Of a DNA stretch of 64,000 bases, positions 27,240 through 37,486 are shown piece after piece (the stretch's first letter is position 1; each line of letters begins with the position of its first letter). Below the pieces are notes generated by a model, which was not told the origin of the DNA, searched no databases, and was given only the letters and a program-made list of their open reading frames with translations. Where the stretch lies: the IMG/VR virus record IMGVR_UViG_3300046615_000261, positions 64,001-128,000 of that record. One strand, 5' to 3'. This DNA comes from a virus (Duplodnaviria; Caudoviricetes). The translations under genes were made by a program, and so were the position numbers.

Positions 27240-30098
27240 ATGGCAATCGACAACGACATTCTTAAAACACTGCAGAGCATTGAGAAGCTTCTCAAGAGCA
27301 CGTCGTCTGCTGCTTCCGGTAAGTCAACGTTCTCTCAGAAATTCGACAAGATCCGCGGGAAGAAACAAGACGATAACTCTGGCGACGGTAAGACCTTCCA
27401 AGCTTTCACGAAGAGCATGGATAAGGCTGATGACGCTCTGCTTGGACTGTCAAGCAATCTGTCTGGCTTGAACAAGGAAGTCGGCAGAACGACGTCTGGA
27501 TTCAGCGCTCTGAATGCGCAGATGTCGAAGTTCATGTCGGCTCTGCAAGTCACGCCACCAGGTGTGACACAAGCTGCAGGCGCTCCGAGAACTCGTATCC
27601 CTGGTAAGAACGGGCTTGGTGGTGTCGCACCAGGTATCACGATTCCTGCTCCAGCGGCAGGTGTAGGCGCTGCCTCACCAATGAAGCAAGTCATGGGGCG
27701 AATGCTTCAGAACTTCGGCCAAGCATCCGTTGGTTCTGGCGGCCTTGCACTCGCATTCGGCGCACTGATTGACGCAACAAAGCGTGTCACTGGCGAGTAC
27801 TTTAATTTGGCTGAAATGGGCATGGGCTCAGTCAGCAATCTGGCGACACTCTCTAAGAACGCGCTGATGTCGGGCATGGCTCTGAAAGAGTACACGGCCC
27901 TGATCGGTTCGAGCATTAATGTCGCTTCCCGCGCCGGCAATCTCGAGAACTTCCAGAAGATCATCTCGGCGCAGGATGCCCAGCTCGCAGCAATTGGCGT
28001 GTTCGGTGCAGAAGCCCGCGCAATGCAGGCTTCGCTGGCCCAGAGTTCGGCGCAGCTTGGTGTTCCGATCGGTGATCTGACGAAGGCAACTTCATCGCAG
28101 ATCGACATCTTTGATAAGCTCCGCAAGTCGTCGAACATGACGGCTTCTGAGTTCGCAAGCATGACTCGTTCTGTTGCGAACAGTGAAGAAGCTCAGAAGG
28201 AACTGCTTGGACTTGCGCCATCAGAACGTATCGCTCGCATGAATCAGCTCGTGCAGCTGAACAGCATCGGTACGAAGATGGGTATGGCTGCTGACGCTTC
28301 CGCGAAGCTCGGCCAGGCTCTGATGGCGGCACGTCAATCGACCGTCAAGGAACGTATCGACACTTCCGGCCTGATGTTGCAGATGGGTGCGTTCACTGGG
28401 AACGGCGCCGCTGGCCAACGTGGCATGGAACTTCAAATGAAGGGCCGCCGCCGCACAGAGGCTGAAGACGAAGAACTGCTGCAGATCTCGCAGACCTTTG
28501 AGCGTTCTGCTCAGACGATGTACCAGCAGGGTTCGCTTGGCGTTCAGAATGTTCTTGATCAGTTCGAAGAACAATCCTCAAAGGGTGCGTACGGCCAGAT
28601 GGTCAAGGCTGGCCGAGGAAAGTCGCTCGCTGAAGATACTGGCACGGTAAATCAAGTTGCGTTCGGACAGCACGTTGGTGAATTCGGCCAGGCAGTTGGT
28701 AAGCTCACTTCACTGTTCAACGGTTTCGAACAGAGTGTTCTCGGCCCACTCGTCGCAGGTCTTGGTGGTGGTCTGCTCACGATGTTCCGCGGTCCAATCG
28801 TGAACATCCTGTCTAAGGCACTTGGATTCGGTGGTGGAGCAGCAAAGGCTGCAGGCGCAGTTGCTTCGGCCGCTGGAGGTGGTGGAGCTTCAGCTGCGTA
28901 CGGCGCTGGCCAGGCAGTCGGTAAGACGATGTCTTATTTGTCAAATGCATTCTCGACAGGTAAGAGCGCAATTGCTGGATACATCCAGAACGTAAGACTC
29001 TCGAGCGCAATCATCAAGGATGCTGGCGGCACGACAATGGAAGTCGTCGGTCAGGTCTTCAAGGATGGTATTACCGCAGTGAAGGGTAGCGGCACGATGA
29101 TGGCGGACGGCATGAAGTCATTCACCTCAGTCCTGAAGGCATCCGCACCTGAAATGAAGGCAGCGTTCGTGGGTGGTCTTGATGTGCTCAAAGGTGGCGC
29201 GGGAATGCTCTGGACCGGTTTGAAGGGTATCACGAAGATCTTCGGCCCACTGAGCGGTCTGATTGATGCTGCGATCGAAATGTTCACTGGCGATATGTCG
29301 GATGCGCTGAACCCAAGTGGCGGCGTATTCAACCGCATGGGCGGGATGATCACGGCATTCTTCACAGCAATTCCGAACATGCTCATTGACGCGCTTGCGT
29401 TCGTGTTCGGTGATGAGAACATCCAGCCTCTGAAGCGCGGTTTTGACCTGATCGTCGGGTACATGAACTTCGCGATCAAGGACTTCCTCGCTCGTCTCGC
29501 AGGTGGTGCTGCTGACTTGATGGAATCGCTGCCATTCGTTGGCAAAGACTCTCGCATGGTCAAGATGCTGCGCGGTTGGCAGGATGGTCTGGTTGACTCG
29601 GCGACTGAGAACGTCGCGATGGTCGAGAAGCTTTGGGACAACAACAGCGCGACGATGGCCTCGATCTCGAAGGAGAACAAGGCAGTCGCTGACAAGCAAT
29701 CAGCTACCTCAGAGCAAGCTGCCACGAAGGTCGTCGCTTCTCAGAGCAAGTTCAACAACGTGATGGAGGCCGGTGCAGTGACGGCCGCTTCTGTCTATGC
29801 CGACGCTGCAGCACTTGCTGCACCACAGGTTCAGGTTGCAAAACAGGTCAGCACGGCCCCTGTAAATACTGCTGATCAGCAGACCGCTCAGGCACAGGCC
29901 GCGGCTGCAACCCAACAACAGCAAGCTGCAACAGTGACGTCCGATCTGGCGTCGGTGATGCAGTCCATTCTACAAGTTCTACGTGAGAATCTGCCTCGTC
30001 AAACTGACAGCTCTGAAGCGCTGGTCAAGCTCGTTAAACCGCAGACCTCTTTCCAATCAGCAGAAGACGCCGCAAATCAACTCTTGCGCCGCAGGTAA
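27240..30098 (+). CDS. Tape measure protein
   Basis: 952 aa, A/G/S-rich helical sequence with hydrophobic stretches; late promoter. Confidence 0.7.
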   Translation: MAIDNDILKTLQSIEKLLKSTSSAASGKSTFSQKFDKIRGKKQDDNSGDGKTFQAFTKSMDKADDALLGLSSNLSGLNKEVGRTTSGFSALNAQMSKFMSALQVTPPGVTQAAGAPRTRIPGKNGLGGVAPGITIPAPAAGVGAASPMKQVMGRMLQNFGQASVGSGGLALAFGALIDATKRVTGEYFNLAEMGMGSVSNLATLSKNALMSGMALKEYTALIGSSINVASRAGNLENFQKIISAQDAQLAAIGVFGAEARAMQASLAQSSAQLGVPIGDLTKATSSQIDIFDKLRKSSNMTASEFASMTRSVANSEEAQKELLGLAPSERIARMNQLVQLNSIGTKMGMAADASAKLGQALMAARQSTVKERIDTSGLMLQMGAFTGNGAAGQRGMELQMKGRRRTEAEDEELLQISQTFERSAQTMYQQGSLGVQNVLDQFEEQSSKGAYGQMVKAGRGKSLAEDTGTVNQVAFGQHVGEFGQAVGKLTSLFNGFEQSVLGPLVAGLGGGLLTMFRGPIVNILSKALGFGGGAAKAAGAVASAAGGGGASAAYGAGQAVGKTMSYLSNAFSTGKSAIAGYIQNVRLSSAIIKDAGGTTMEVVGQVFKDGITAVKGSGTMMADGMKSFTSVLKASAPEMKAAFVGGLDVLKGGAGMLWTGLKGITKIFGPLSGLIDAAIEMFTGDMSDALNPSGGVFNRMGGMITAFFTAIPNMLIDALAFVFGDENIQPLKRGFDLIVGYMNFAIKDFLARLAGGAADLMESLPFVGKDSRMVKMLRGWQDGLVDSATENVAMVEKLWDNNSATMASISKENKAVADKQSATSEQAATKVVASQSKFNNVMEAGAVTAASVYADAAALAAPQVQVAKQVSTAPVNTADQQTAQAQAAAATQQQQAATVTSDLASVMQSILQVLRENLPRQTDSSEALVKLVKPQTSFQSAEDAANQLLRRR

Positions 30099-30107
30099 GG
30101 ATATTTC

Positions 30108-31826
30108 ATGTCTCAAATGACTTCGTTCTGGCGCATCGTTGCTCCTAAGACACGTAAGCAACTGTACACAACGCTCAGCACGGATGCGTACGATCCACGC
30201 TCGACAGATATGTCGTCCATGGCTGCAGTTACTTGGTACTCGCAGATCATGCGCGGGCCAGGTACTCGGATGGCTTCGTACAAGCAGTACGACACAATGG
30301 ATACCGACATCGACATCTCGCGTTCCCTCGACATTATCGCCGAAGAAATGTCCGGCAAGGATGACAAGACTGATCTGCCGTTCGTGATCAAGTGGCAGAA
30401 GGAAGACAACCAAGACGTGTCTGACACGACAGTTGTGACAGTTCGTGCTGCTCTTCGTCAGTGGGCGCAGATGCAGGATCTGAAGAAGCGCGTGTTCAGC
30501 ACGGCTCGAACGATGATCAAGTACGGTGATTGCTTCTTCCGCAAGGGTTCTGACACGCGTAAGTGGACGTACGTCGATCCATCGCTCGTGATTGGTATCG
30601 AGGTTGACGAGCTCGGCACGAAGGTCGCTTATCATGTGAAGCGTCCAGCTCAACAGCAACAGCAATCGCAGATGTACACGACCCAGCGTATGGATGACGT
30701 TGACGTCGTTCCAGCGGCTGCGATGATTCACTTCTCGATGTGTGACGACATGGGCGACTCTGCTCCGTTCGGTCACTCAGTGCTGAAGCCAATCTTCCGT
30801 GTCTACCGTCAACTTTCGATGCTTGAAGATGCGGTGATCATTTACCGTATCGTTCGTGCTCCAGAACGCCGTGTGTTCTACATCGACGTCGGGAACATGA
30901 ACCAACAACAGGTCAAGCGTTACCTCGAGTCGGTCAAGAACGAAATCCGTCAGAAGCGCGCGCCAGGAACGACTGCTGGCGGCAAGGCTGAAGTTGACGG
31001 CCAATTCGATCCTACGTCGCTCCAAGAAGATTACTTCTTCCCAGTCACGGCCGCAGGTAAGGGTTCACGTGTTGAGACTCTGCCAGGCGGCACTGAAGAC
31101 TTCGGTACGAATCTGCTCCGCTCGTTTGCTGAGAAGATCTTCCGTGGTCTGCGTATTCCGACCTCGTACCTTGGCGGTCAAGAGGGTGCTGGCGCTCAGA
31201 CGAACGACGGCAAGGTCGGTATCGCGTACATCGAAGAACTTCGGTTCGCGAACTTCATCACGCGTCTGCAAGACCGGATGAACGAAATCTATGACCAAGA
31301 ATTCAAGATCTACTTGAAGGTCTGTGGTCTCCGCATTGACGATGAAGTGTTCCAGGTCCGTCTGCCAGATCCAGCGAACTTCGCGCTGTACCGTCAGGCT
31401 GCGCTCGATGCCGATCTGATTGCATCGTTCCAGAACATTCAGGAAGTTAAGTTCCTGTCGCGTCGCTTCATCTTGAAGCGTTACCTCGGTCTGACGGATG
31501 ACGAAATCCAGATGAACGAAGTGATGATCAAGGAAGAGAAGAACATGTCTGACAACGCGATTGTGCCGATCATGCAGCAGATGTATGACGATGCAGTGTA
31601 CGCGAATCGTGCCGAGATCACGGTTGACGGTGAGAACGTTGATCAAGGTGGCGGTGGTACTGACGAAGCTGGCGATCCAGGAGCAGGTCTCTTGGATAAC
31701 GACTTCGAAGACAAGCCATTCGCATCAGCGCCTGATGAGTCTCCAGAGGCAGCTCCACCTGAAGGTGCTGATGAAACTGGTGCAGAACCACCAGCGGCAG
31801 GTGAAGAACCGCCAGCAGCCGGCTAA
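30108..31826 (+). CDS. gp20: Portal vertex protein
   Basis: MLEDAVIIYRIVRAPERRVFYIDVGNM...EDYFFP...VETLPGG. Confidence 0.95.
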   Translation: MSQMTSFWRIVAPKTRKQLYTTLSTDAYDPRSTDMSSMAAVTWYSQIMRGPGTRMASYKQYDTMDTDIDISRSLDIIAEEMSGKDDKTDLPFVIKWQKEDNQDVSDTTVVTVRAALRQWAQMQDLKKRVFSTARTMIKYGDCFFRKGSDTRKWTYVDPSLVIGIEVDELGTKVAYHVKRPAQQQQQSQMYTTQRMDDVDVVPAAAMIHFSMCDDMGDSAPFGHSVLKPIFRVYRQLSMLEDAVIIYRIVRAPERRVFYIDVGNMNQQQVKRYLESVKNEIRQKRAPGTTAGGKAEVDGQFDPTSLQEDYFFPVTAAGKGSRVETLPGGTEDFGTNLLRSFAEKIFRGLRIPTSYLGGQEGAGAQTNDGKVGIAYIEELRFANFITRLQDRMNEIYDQEFKIYLKVCGLRIDDEVFQVRLPDPANFALYRQAALDADLIASFQNIQEVKFLSRRFILKRYLGLTDDEIQMNEVMIKEEKNMSDNAIVPIMQQMYDDAVYANRAEITVDGENVDQGGGGTDEAGDPGAGLLDNDFEDKPFASAPDESPEAAPPEGADETGAEPPAAGEEPPAAG

Positions 31827-31855
31827 ATACAGGACTATTAGGCTAAGGAGCACTC

Positions 31856-32464
31856 ATGCAGCTGTTGAAAGAATACCTCGATCCAAGCACCACCAATCTG
31901 ACCGAAATGAAGAAGGTTGGCGGCGATCTCTACCTGTCTGGCATCATGATGCAAGCAGCACTGAAGAACGGCAATGGCCGCGTCTATCCAGTGAATGAAA
32001 TCGCCCGTGCAGTTCAAGAGTGTCAAGACAAGATCACCAAGGGTAACTTCATCCTTGGCGAACTGAATCACCCAGACTCGTTGAGCATCAATCTCGCGAA
32101 CGTTTCGCACGCTATCACTGAGATCCGCATGGACGGTAATAACGCTGTTGGCAAGATGAAGCTCTTGAACACGCCAGCTGGTAACATCGCAAAGGCTATC
32201 ATCGAAGGCGGCGTTCGTCTTGGTGTTTCCTCGCGCGGTACCGGTAACGTGAACGAAGGCGGCGAAGTTGGTGACTTCTCGTTCGTCACAATGGACATCG
32301 TTTCTACTCCATCGGCTCCAGATGCATTCCCATCGGTAGTGCAAGAAGCTATGGGCTCGAAGAAGATTCTCTCGCTCGCTGAAGCTGTTGTTGTCGATCC
32401 AAAGGCACAGAAGTTCTTTGCGGCTGAGATCAAGAACCTGATCGCATCCCTCACAAAGAAGTAA
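31856..32464 (+). CDS. gp21: Prohead core protease
   Basis: NGNGRVYP, GELNHP, NLANVSH, LGVSSRGTG, DIVSTPSAPDA. Confidence 0.95.
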   Translation: MQLLKEYLDPSTTNLTEMKKVGGDLYLSGIMMQAALKNGNGRVYPVNEIARAVQECQDKITKGNFILGELNHPDSLSINLANVSHAITEIRMDGNNAVGKMKLLNTPAGNIAKAIIEGGVRLGVSSRGTGNVNEGGEVGDFSFVTMDIVSTPSAPDAFPSVVQEAMGSKKILSLAEAVVVDPKAQKFFAAEIKNLIASLTKK

Positions 32465-32467
32465 TCC

Positions 32468-33301
32468 ATGAAGCTCCTTCAAGAAATGCTGGGGCTGCTT
32501 GAAGCCTCGGCTAAGTTCGCAACTGATGCGGACGGTAATCTGATTCCAGCAAAGCTGCCTAAGCTCAGCCTTGGCGCGATCAATGCAGCAATCTATCGTG
32601 TCGCAATCGCTTCGGTGAAGCTTCCAGCTGACGTGAAGGCTGACGCTCAGTTCACTGCAAAAGAAACAGATCGTTTCTTCAGCTCCCAGAACGACGAAGT
32701 GCTTTCGCAACTCGAGAAGTTCGCAGACGGCCGCGGGAACTATCAAGACGACGTGCTTGAAGCGTTCTACCGAGCGCTCGAAGATGTGGGTAACGAGATC
32801 ATCGAGTACTACTCGAACAAAATGAATCACGCTCCAGGCTATCAAGCGCCAAAGATCGCTGCCTTCGATGCTGAAAAGGTTCCATCGTCCCGCGTGATCG
32901 CTGAGCTGAAGAAGTTCCCACACTGGGAAGAAGGTGTTCGCATTGAGAAGTGGACCGAGCAGAATCAAAAGAATGCGCGTAAAGCAAAGCACGCTTCTAT
33001 GGTCTCTCCAGCGCTGATCGACAAGGTCGTGAAGGAATTCGACGCTCGCTTTGATGGCGAATTCACTGACAAGATCGCGAAAGAAATCACGCGCGATCCA
33101 GGCATGTTCGGCCTTCCAAATGGGTACGCTCCAAAGACTGGTGCAGAAGTTCGCGCCAAGATTCTTACATGGAAGCCACGTGACATCATCGAGTGGATCA
33201 TCGAGAACTCACGCAAGCTCAGCCACGATGAAATTTCTGCAGCCTTGAGCAGCAAGAAAACAGTCGACGCGATCTGGGCTAAGGTCTCCAAGGGTAAGTG
33301 A
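32468..33301 (+). CDS. Putative internal head protein
   Basis: MKLLQEMLGLLEA leader; lies between gp21 and gp22. Confidence 0.6.
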   Translation: MKLLQEMLGLLEASAKFATDADGNLIPAKLPKLSLGAINAAIYRVAIASVKLPADVKADAQFTAKETDRFFSSQNDEVLSQLEKFADGRGNYQDDVLEAFYRALEDVGNEIIEYYSNKMNHAPGYQAPKIAAFDAEKVPSSRVIAELKKFPHWEEGVRIEKWTEQNQKNARKAKHASMVSPALIDKVVKEFDARFDGEFTDKIAKEITRDPGMFGLPNGYAPKTGAEVRAKILTWKPRDIIEWIIENSRKLSHDEISAALSSKKTVDAIWAKVSKGK

Positions 33302-33354
33302 CCCAACCGGCCCCGGTAAATACTAACTTCATACAACAGACGAAAGGTACCGCT

Positions 33355-33522
33355 ATGAGCGATCCACGCGAACAACTGAAATCAATGCTTCAAGACCTGA
33401 TCAATGATCGTCCAGAGCAAGCTTCTGCCACCATCCACGATTACATCGTGGCGAAGACGCAAGCCCTCGCAGGCTTTGCAGCTCCAGAAGCTGACGTTGA
33501 TACTGAAGTCACCCCAGAGTGA
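33355..33522 (+). CDS. Small prohead core protein (gp67-like)
   Basis: Late promoter 33317, SD AAAGG; short helical protein with acidic tail in the head operon. Confidence 0.5.
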   Translation: MSDPREQLKSMLQDLINDRPEQASATIHDYIVAKTQALAGFAAPEADVDTEVTPE

Positions 33523-33671
33523 TCACTATGTGCTGAAAACATCCCCGTTTTCAGCACATTTTCCGAACTGCGCGCTAAATACCACCACATGATAAAGAGT
33601 TGGTAACAACTTTAGTCACGCAGAAATTCAAATGTGGTAGCTTCATGCTACCGAAACTTAGGAGAAAGCTA

Positions 33672-34556
33672 ATGGACGAAATCCTGCAGAAACTGCTTCA
33701 GTCCGAGCTGCTCAGCGAAGAAACCAAAACTGAACTCTCCGAGCAATGGACCACTTCGGTCGAAGCCTACAAGACGCAAGTCCGTGAAGAAACTTCGCTC
33801 CAAGTTCGTTCGGAACTCGCAGAACAGTGGATCGGCGAACGCGACGAACTCGTCGCCAAGGTCGATGGTTTTGTGTCTGAAGCACTCATGAACGAAGTTG
33901 CTGAACTGAAGGCTGACATCGAGCGCTTCCGTGATCTCGAAGCTGAATACGCTGAAAAGATTGTTGAAGAGAAGCACAAGCTCGCAGAAGAAGTCGCATC
34001 TGAACTCGACCAACTGGTTGACAAGATCGATGCATTCTTCGAAGCACGCCTGAACGACGAACTCGATGAGCTCAAGGAAGACCTCGAAGTCGTGAAGCAA
34101 AACGAATTCGGTCGCAAGATCTACGAAGCATTCGCAAACACGTTCGCTGGCGCTCACATCGACGAATCGTCGATCGCTGGTAAGCTCAAGATTGCTGAAG
34201 CTAAGCTCGCAGATGCTACCTCCGCTCTTGCTGATTCGGAAGAATCCCGCTCGACGATGGTTCGCGAAGCAAAGATGAACACGCTCCTCGCTAGCCTCAC
34301 AGGCAAGAAGCGCGAAGCGATGGAAATGGTTCTCAAGAATGTCGAAACCGGCCGTCTTGAAGAGTCGTACAAGTTCTTTATCGGTCGTGTCCTGAAGGAA
34401 GATGCTGCACCAGCTGCTGCTCTGACTGAAGGTAAGACGGTCGACAAGAAGACAACGGTTGTGACTGGTGACACGCAAGTCGAACAAGTCGCAAAACAAC
34501 CTGCAGCCCTCAGTGAAAGCCTGCTCCAGCTGCAGCGCCTCGCCGGTATCAAGTAA
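33672..34556 (+). CDS. gp22: Prohead scaffolding protein
   Basis: SD AGGAG, ATG 33672; acidic coiled coil, GRKIYEAF motif; directly upstream of the capsid gene. Confidence 0.85.
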   Translation: MDEILQKLLQSELLSEETKTELSEQWTTSVEAYKTQVREETSLQVRSELAEQWIGERDELVAKVDGFVSEALMNEVAELKADIERFRDLEAEYAEKIVEEKHKLAEEVASELDQLVDKIDAFFEARLNDELDELKEDLEVVKQNEFGRKIYEAFANTFAGAHIDESSIAGKLKIAEAKLADATSALADSEESRSTMVREAKMNTLLASLTGKKREAMEMVLKNVETGRLEESYKFFIGRVLKEDAAPAAALTEGKTVDKKTTVVTGDTQVEQVAKQPAALSESLLQLQRLAGIK

Positions 34557-34581
34557 CCCCTGTCCCCATTAGGAGATAAAA

Positions 34582-35835
34582 ATGCAACTCAATGAAAACT
34601 GGACCGAAACCAAAGAGGCTCTGCTCGAAGGCCTGACCGGTTCGAAGAAGACTCTCGCTTCGACGCTGATGGATAACCAGCGTCGCCACCTCCTGGAAAC
34701 TGCAGGCGCCACTCAAAACGGCACCGGCGACATCCAAGGCTTCCAGAAGATCGCGATCCCAATGATCCGTCGTATCATCCCAGGTACGATCGGTACGGAA
34801 CTCGTCGGTGTTCAGCCACTCACCGGCCCAGTCGGTCTGGCTTACTCCCTGCGCTTCGCTTTCGCTGAAGCCCTCGACGTCGCTGGCACAGGCAACGACA
34901 TCGGTGTGAACGACGAAGCATTCTCGAACAACGTTTCGAAGATGAAGCGCTTCTACTCGGCAAACCTGCTCACCGGTTCGGTTGGTACGTCTGATGGTTC
35001 CACGACCAATGACTCCACTGGTCTGGAAGCTCAAGGTGGCCGCACGATGCGCCTGCAAGTTCTGAAGCAAACCATCTCCGCTGGCTCGCGTAAGCTGCAA
35101 GCGAAGTGGACTGTTGAAGCTCAGCAAGACATCGGTTCGCAACACGGTCTGAACCTCGAAAACGAACTGGTCGCTGCTCTGTCGGCCCAGATCGCGCACG
35201 AAATCGACAACGAAATCCTGACCGACCTCGTCGCTCTGGCTTCGACCGTCGCTACGTACGACTTCGCAGCTCCAGTCGCTGGCATGGCTCCAGCATTCAT
35301 CGGTGATCGTTACGCTGAACTCGGCGTTCTCGTGAACAAGATGGCAAACGAAATCGGTGTGAAGACACGCCGTGGCCCAGCTAACTGGCTGGTCGGTTCC
35401 CACCTGACGACGTCCCTCCTGCAGTCCGCTGCAAAGTCGGTGTTCGCTCCAGCAGTCCAAGGCTCGTTCGCTGACCCAGTCGGCAACAAGATGGTTGGTA
35501 CTCTGAACGGCCAACTGAAGGTGTACTCGTACCAGTGGGGTCTGGGTGATGCATGGACGATCGGTTCCGGCGCTGCTACGGCAGACTCCGCAGCTGGTGA
35601 GCAGATTCTGCTCGGCTACAAGGGCGGTTCTTCGGAACTCGACTCCGGCTACTTCTACTGCCCATACGTGCCACTCATGTCCTCGGGCGTGATCATGGAC
35701 CCAGCAACGTTCTCGCCAGCAGTTTCGCTGATGACCCGTTACGGCAAGGCAACGTTCACGAACGCTGCTACGTCGCTCGGTAACTCGGCTGACTACTACG
35801 CACGTATCCTCGTCAAGAACGTTGCATTCAGCTAA
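34582..35835 (+). CDS. gp23: Major capsid protein
   Basis: IPMIRRIIP...VGVQPLTGPVG, SRKLQAKWTVEAQQD, EIDNEIL, GYFYCPYVPL, MTRYG. Confidence 0.97.
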   Translation: MQLNENWTETKEALLEGLTGSKKTLASTLMDNQRRHLLETAGATQNGTGDIQGFQKIAIPMIRRIIPGTIGTELVGVQPLTGPVGLAYSLRFAFAEALDVAGTGNDIGVNDEAFSNNVSKMKRFYSANLLTGSVGTSDGSTTNDSTGLEAQGGRTMRLQVLKQTISAGSRKLQAKWTVEAQQDIGSQHGLNLENELVAALSAQIAHEIDNEILTDLVALASTVATYDFAAPVAGMAPAFIGDRYAELGVLVNKMANEIGVKTRRGPANWLVGSHLTTSLLQSAAKSVFAPAVQGSFADPVGNKMVGTLNGQLKVYSYQWGLGDAWTIGSGAATADSAAGEQILLGYKGGSSELDSGYFYCPYVPLMSSGVIMDPATFSPAVSLMTRYGKATFTNAATSLGNSADYYARILVKNVAFS

Positions 35836-35873
35836 TCAAACGCAGCTTCGGCTGCTTTGACAAAGCCTCGAAC

Positions 35874-35902
35874 AAGGGACTCTTCGGAGTCCCTTTTCTT
35901 TT
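35874..35902 (+). terminator. Intrinsic terminator after capsid gene (cUUCGg loop)
   Basis: aagggactc-ttcg-gagtccctt-ttctttt. Confidence 0.9.
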
Positions 35903-36007
35903 GTGTGTCATCTTGCCCATTGAAAATTTCGATCTAAATAGAGTTCCACCGTTGCTTTTGACTGTGGTAATTTGACCACTTTGGTCTTTATTCTTTTAGG
36001 AAAATTT

Positions 36008-36484
36008 ATGTCTAATCAAACTTGGGTAACTGGCGTCATTGAATACAAGGATGTTCTCCTTCCACTTGACACCGAGGTTCTCCATCACAACATCGTTATC
36101 TCTGATCCAGAAGACGCTGATCACACCTTCAATGTTCAGCTAATGACCGGCCAAAGCGCTGGCGGTTTTATCGGACCAGCCAATACCTACCCGTACACTG
36201 TACTTTCAGATCGATCTATCTTCCAAGCTCAAGGCCTGTGGGGTACTGACTACCCACCTGCGCGTTTTCTGCCAGGCAAAACATACAACGTCACAGTAAC
36301 CACAATGGTCAGAGATCCAATGAATCAATACAACTATGAAGGCATCGTGCTTGAAGGTGCGCCGGTTCTAACATCCTCGTTCACGGTTCCTGAGACGCTG
36401 ACCGCTCCTGTGAATCTTAAGGTTGTGCGCATGCCCGGCACCATTGAGTTCATGTTTGACAATGTGACGAACGCCTCAGATTAA
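36008..36484 (+). CDS. Late hypothetical protein, possible capsid decoration
   Basis: Own late promoter 35935; beta-rich sequence. Confidence 0.55.
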   Translation: MSNQTWVTGVIEYKDVLLPLDTEVLHHNIVISDPEDADHTFNVQLMTGQSAGGFIGPANTYPYTVLSDRSIFQAQGLWGTDYPPARFLPGKTYNVTVTTMVRDPMNQYNYEGIVLEGAPVLTSSFTVPETLTAPVNLKVVRMPGTIEFMFDNVTNASD

Positions 36485-36505
36485 AACTCTAGCATCTTCG
36501 CAATC

Positions 36506-36526
36506 AAAGGGCCCATAGGGCCCTTT
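36506..36526. terminator. Intrinsic terminator
   Basis: aaagggccc-ata-gggcccttt. Confidence 0.75.
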
Positions 36527-36575
36527 CTGGTATCCGGAATTTGGTGTATAATCCACCCATCAACCTGGAGGCCGT

Positions 36576-36857
36576 ATGAAGTACATCGTCGAAATTCGTT
36601 CCCGCGATCGGAAGTGGTCTGATTGGGAGGAGCTCTGCGAAGAGCGCCTGGAACGTGATGAGGTTCTCGAGTTCTTCAAGGACTGCGATGACGGAATCAA
36701 CGTCCAGTACCGAGCTCGCCTGCTCCCACAGTTCGGATACGAGGTCCTCACCCCGTGCAAGACATTCGTTGACGAGCCTGATCAGCGGCTCTCGCGCGAG
36801 ATGCCAGCGTCTGTGCACCGCTTGAACGACCAGATCCTCTCCGCCCTCGGCGTGTAA
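36576..36857 (+). CDS. Hypothetical early protein
   Basis: TATAAT 36547, SD GGAGG. Confidence 0.7.
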   Translation: MKYIVEIRSRDRKWSDWEELCEERLERDEVLEFFKDCDDGINVQYRARLLPQFGYEVLTPCKTFVDEPDQRLSREMPASVHRLNDQILSALGV

Positions 36858-36985
36858 TGCCGCCGTAATTGCGTGTCAGAGATTTCGGGTTCACGGGCGT
36901 TACAATTGTTACAACCTACGACCCGAAATCAGGTTAAGATCCACTCAACGTTAAACCTTTTGTATTACTCTGAAGGAACTTTGAG

Positions 36986-37219
36986 ATGAACGCCAAGCTG
37001 ACCGCAATGCACACTCGGACGATCGAGAAGCACCCCGGCTTCGCAGTCGAGATCGAGGTGCTGAAGCATCAACTCGACGGCCGCGCTCCGTACGTTTCCA
37101 ATCGCGTCACGTCCGCTCCGGTGTTCACCACGAAGTTCGCTGCCGATTCCGCTGCCGTTCGAGCTGTGATGCAGTTCAACAGCGGTGGGAACCTGCCGAA
37201 CATGTGCGAACTTTTCTAA
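36986..37219 (+). CDS. Hypothetical early protein
   Basis: SD AAGGA; 77 aa. Confidence 0.6.
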   Translation: MNAKLTAMHTRTIEKHPGFAVEIEVLKHQLDGRAPYVSNRVTSAPVFTTKFAADSAAVRAVMQFNSGGNLPNMCELF

Positions 37220-37234
37220 CCACCGGAGAAGACC

Positions 37235-37417
37235 ATGAAGCGTTTCCAAGCGAAGGCATTCGTTCCTCACCCTGGTTCGATGCCTCTCCCGAAGCCGGCG
37301 AAGCCGTACGACGCAACAACGAGCACCCGGATAATTCTGCTTCGCGAGCAGAGCGACCTGTCGTACAGCTTCGCCGCGGCCCGCCGCGCTGGAGCGAAGA
37401 TTCACACCCTGCACTGA
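37235..37417 (+). CDS. Hypothetical early protein
   Basis: SD GGAG; 60 aa. Confidence 0.55.
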   Translation: MKRFQAKAFVPHPGSMPLPKPAKPYDATTSTRIILLREQSDLSYSFAAARRAGAKIHTLH

Positions 37418-37486
37418 GCGACCCAGAGCGTCAGCTCTAACCTGATCTGTGCTACCGACATGGTAGTGCAAGCGTTACAATGAAGC

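Noticed and set aside
33617-33654. Superficial similarity of CACGCAGAA...GGTAGC...GCTACCGA to c-di-GMP-I riboswitch words
   Set aside because: The conserved GGCAAAC/GAAA P2 and P3 elements are missing, and the pairings differ
37448-37470. Inverted repeat upstream of dadA as a DNA operator
   Set aside because: Only 5 bp are perfect and the extension needs G-U pairs; more likely an RNA hairpin ending the upstream transcript
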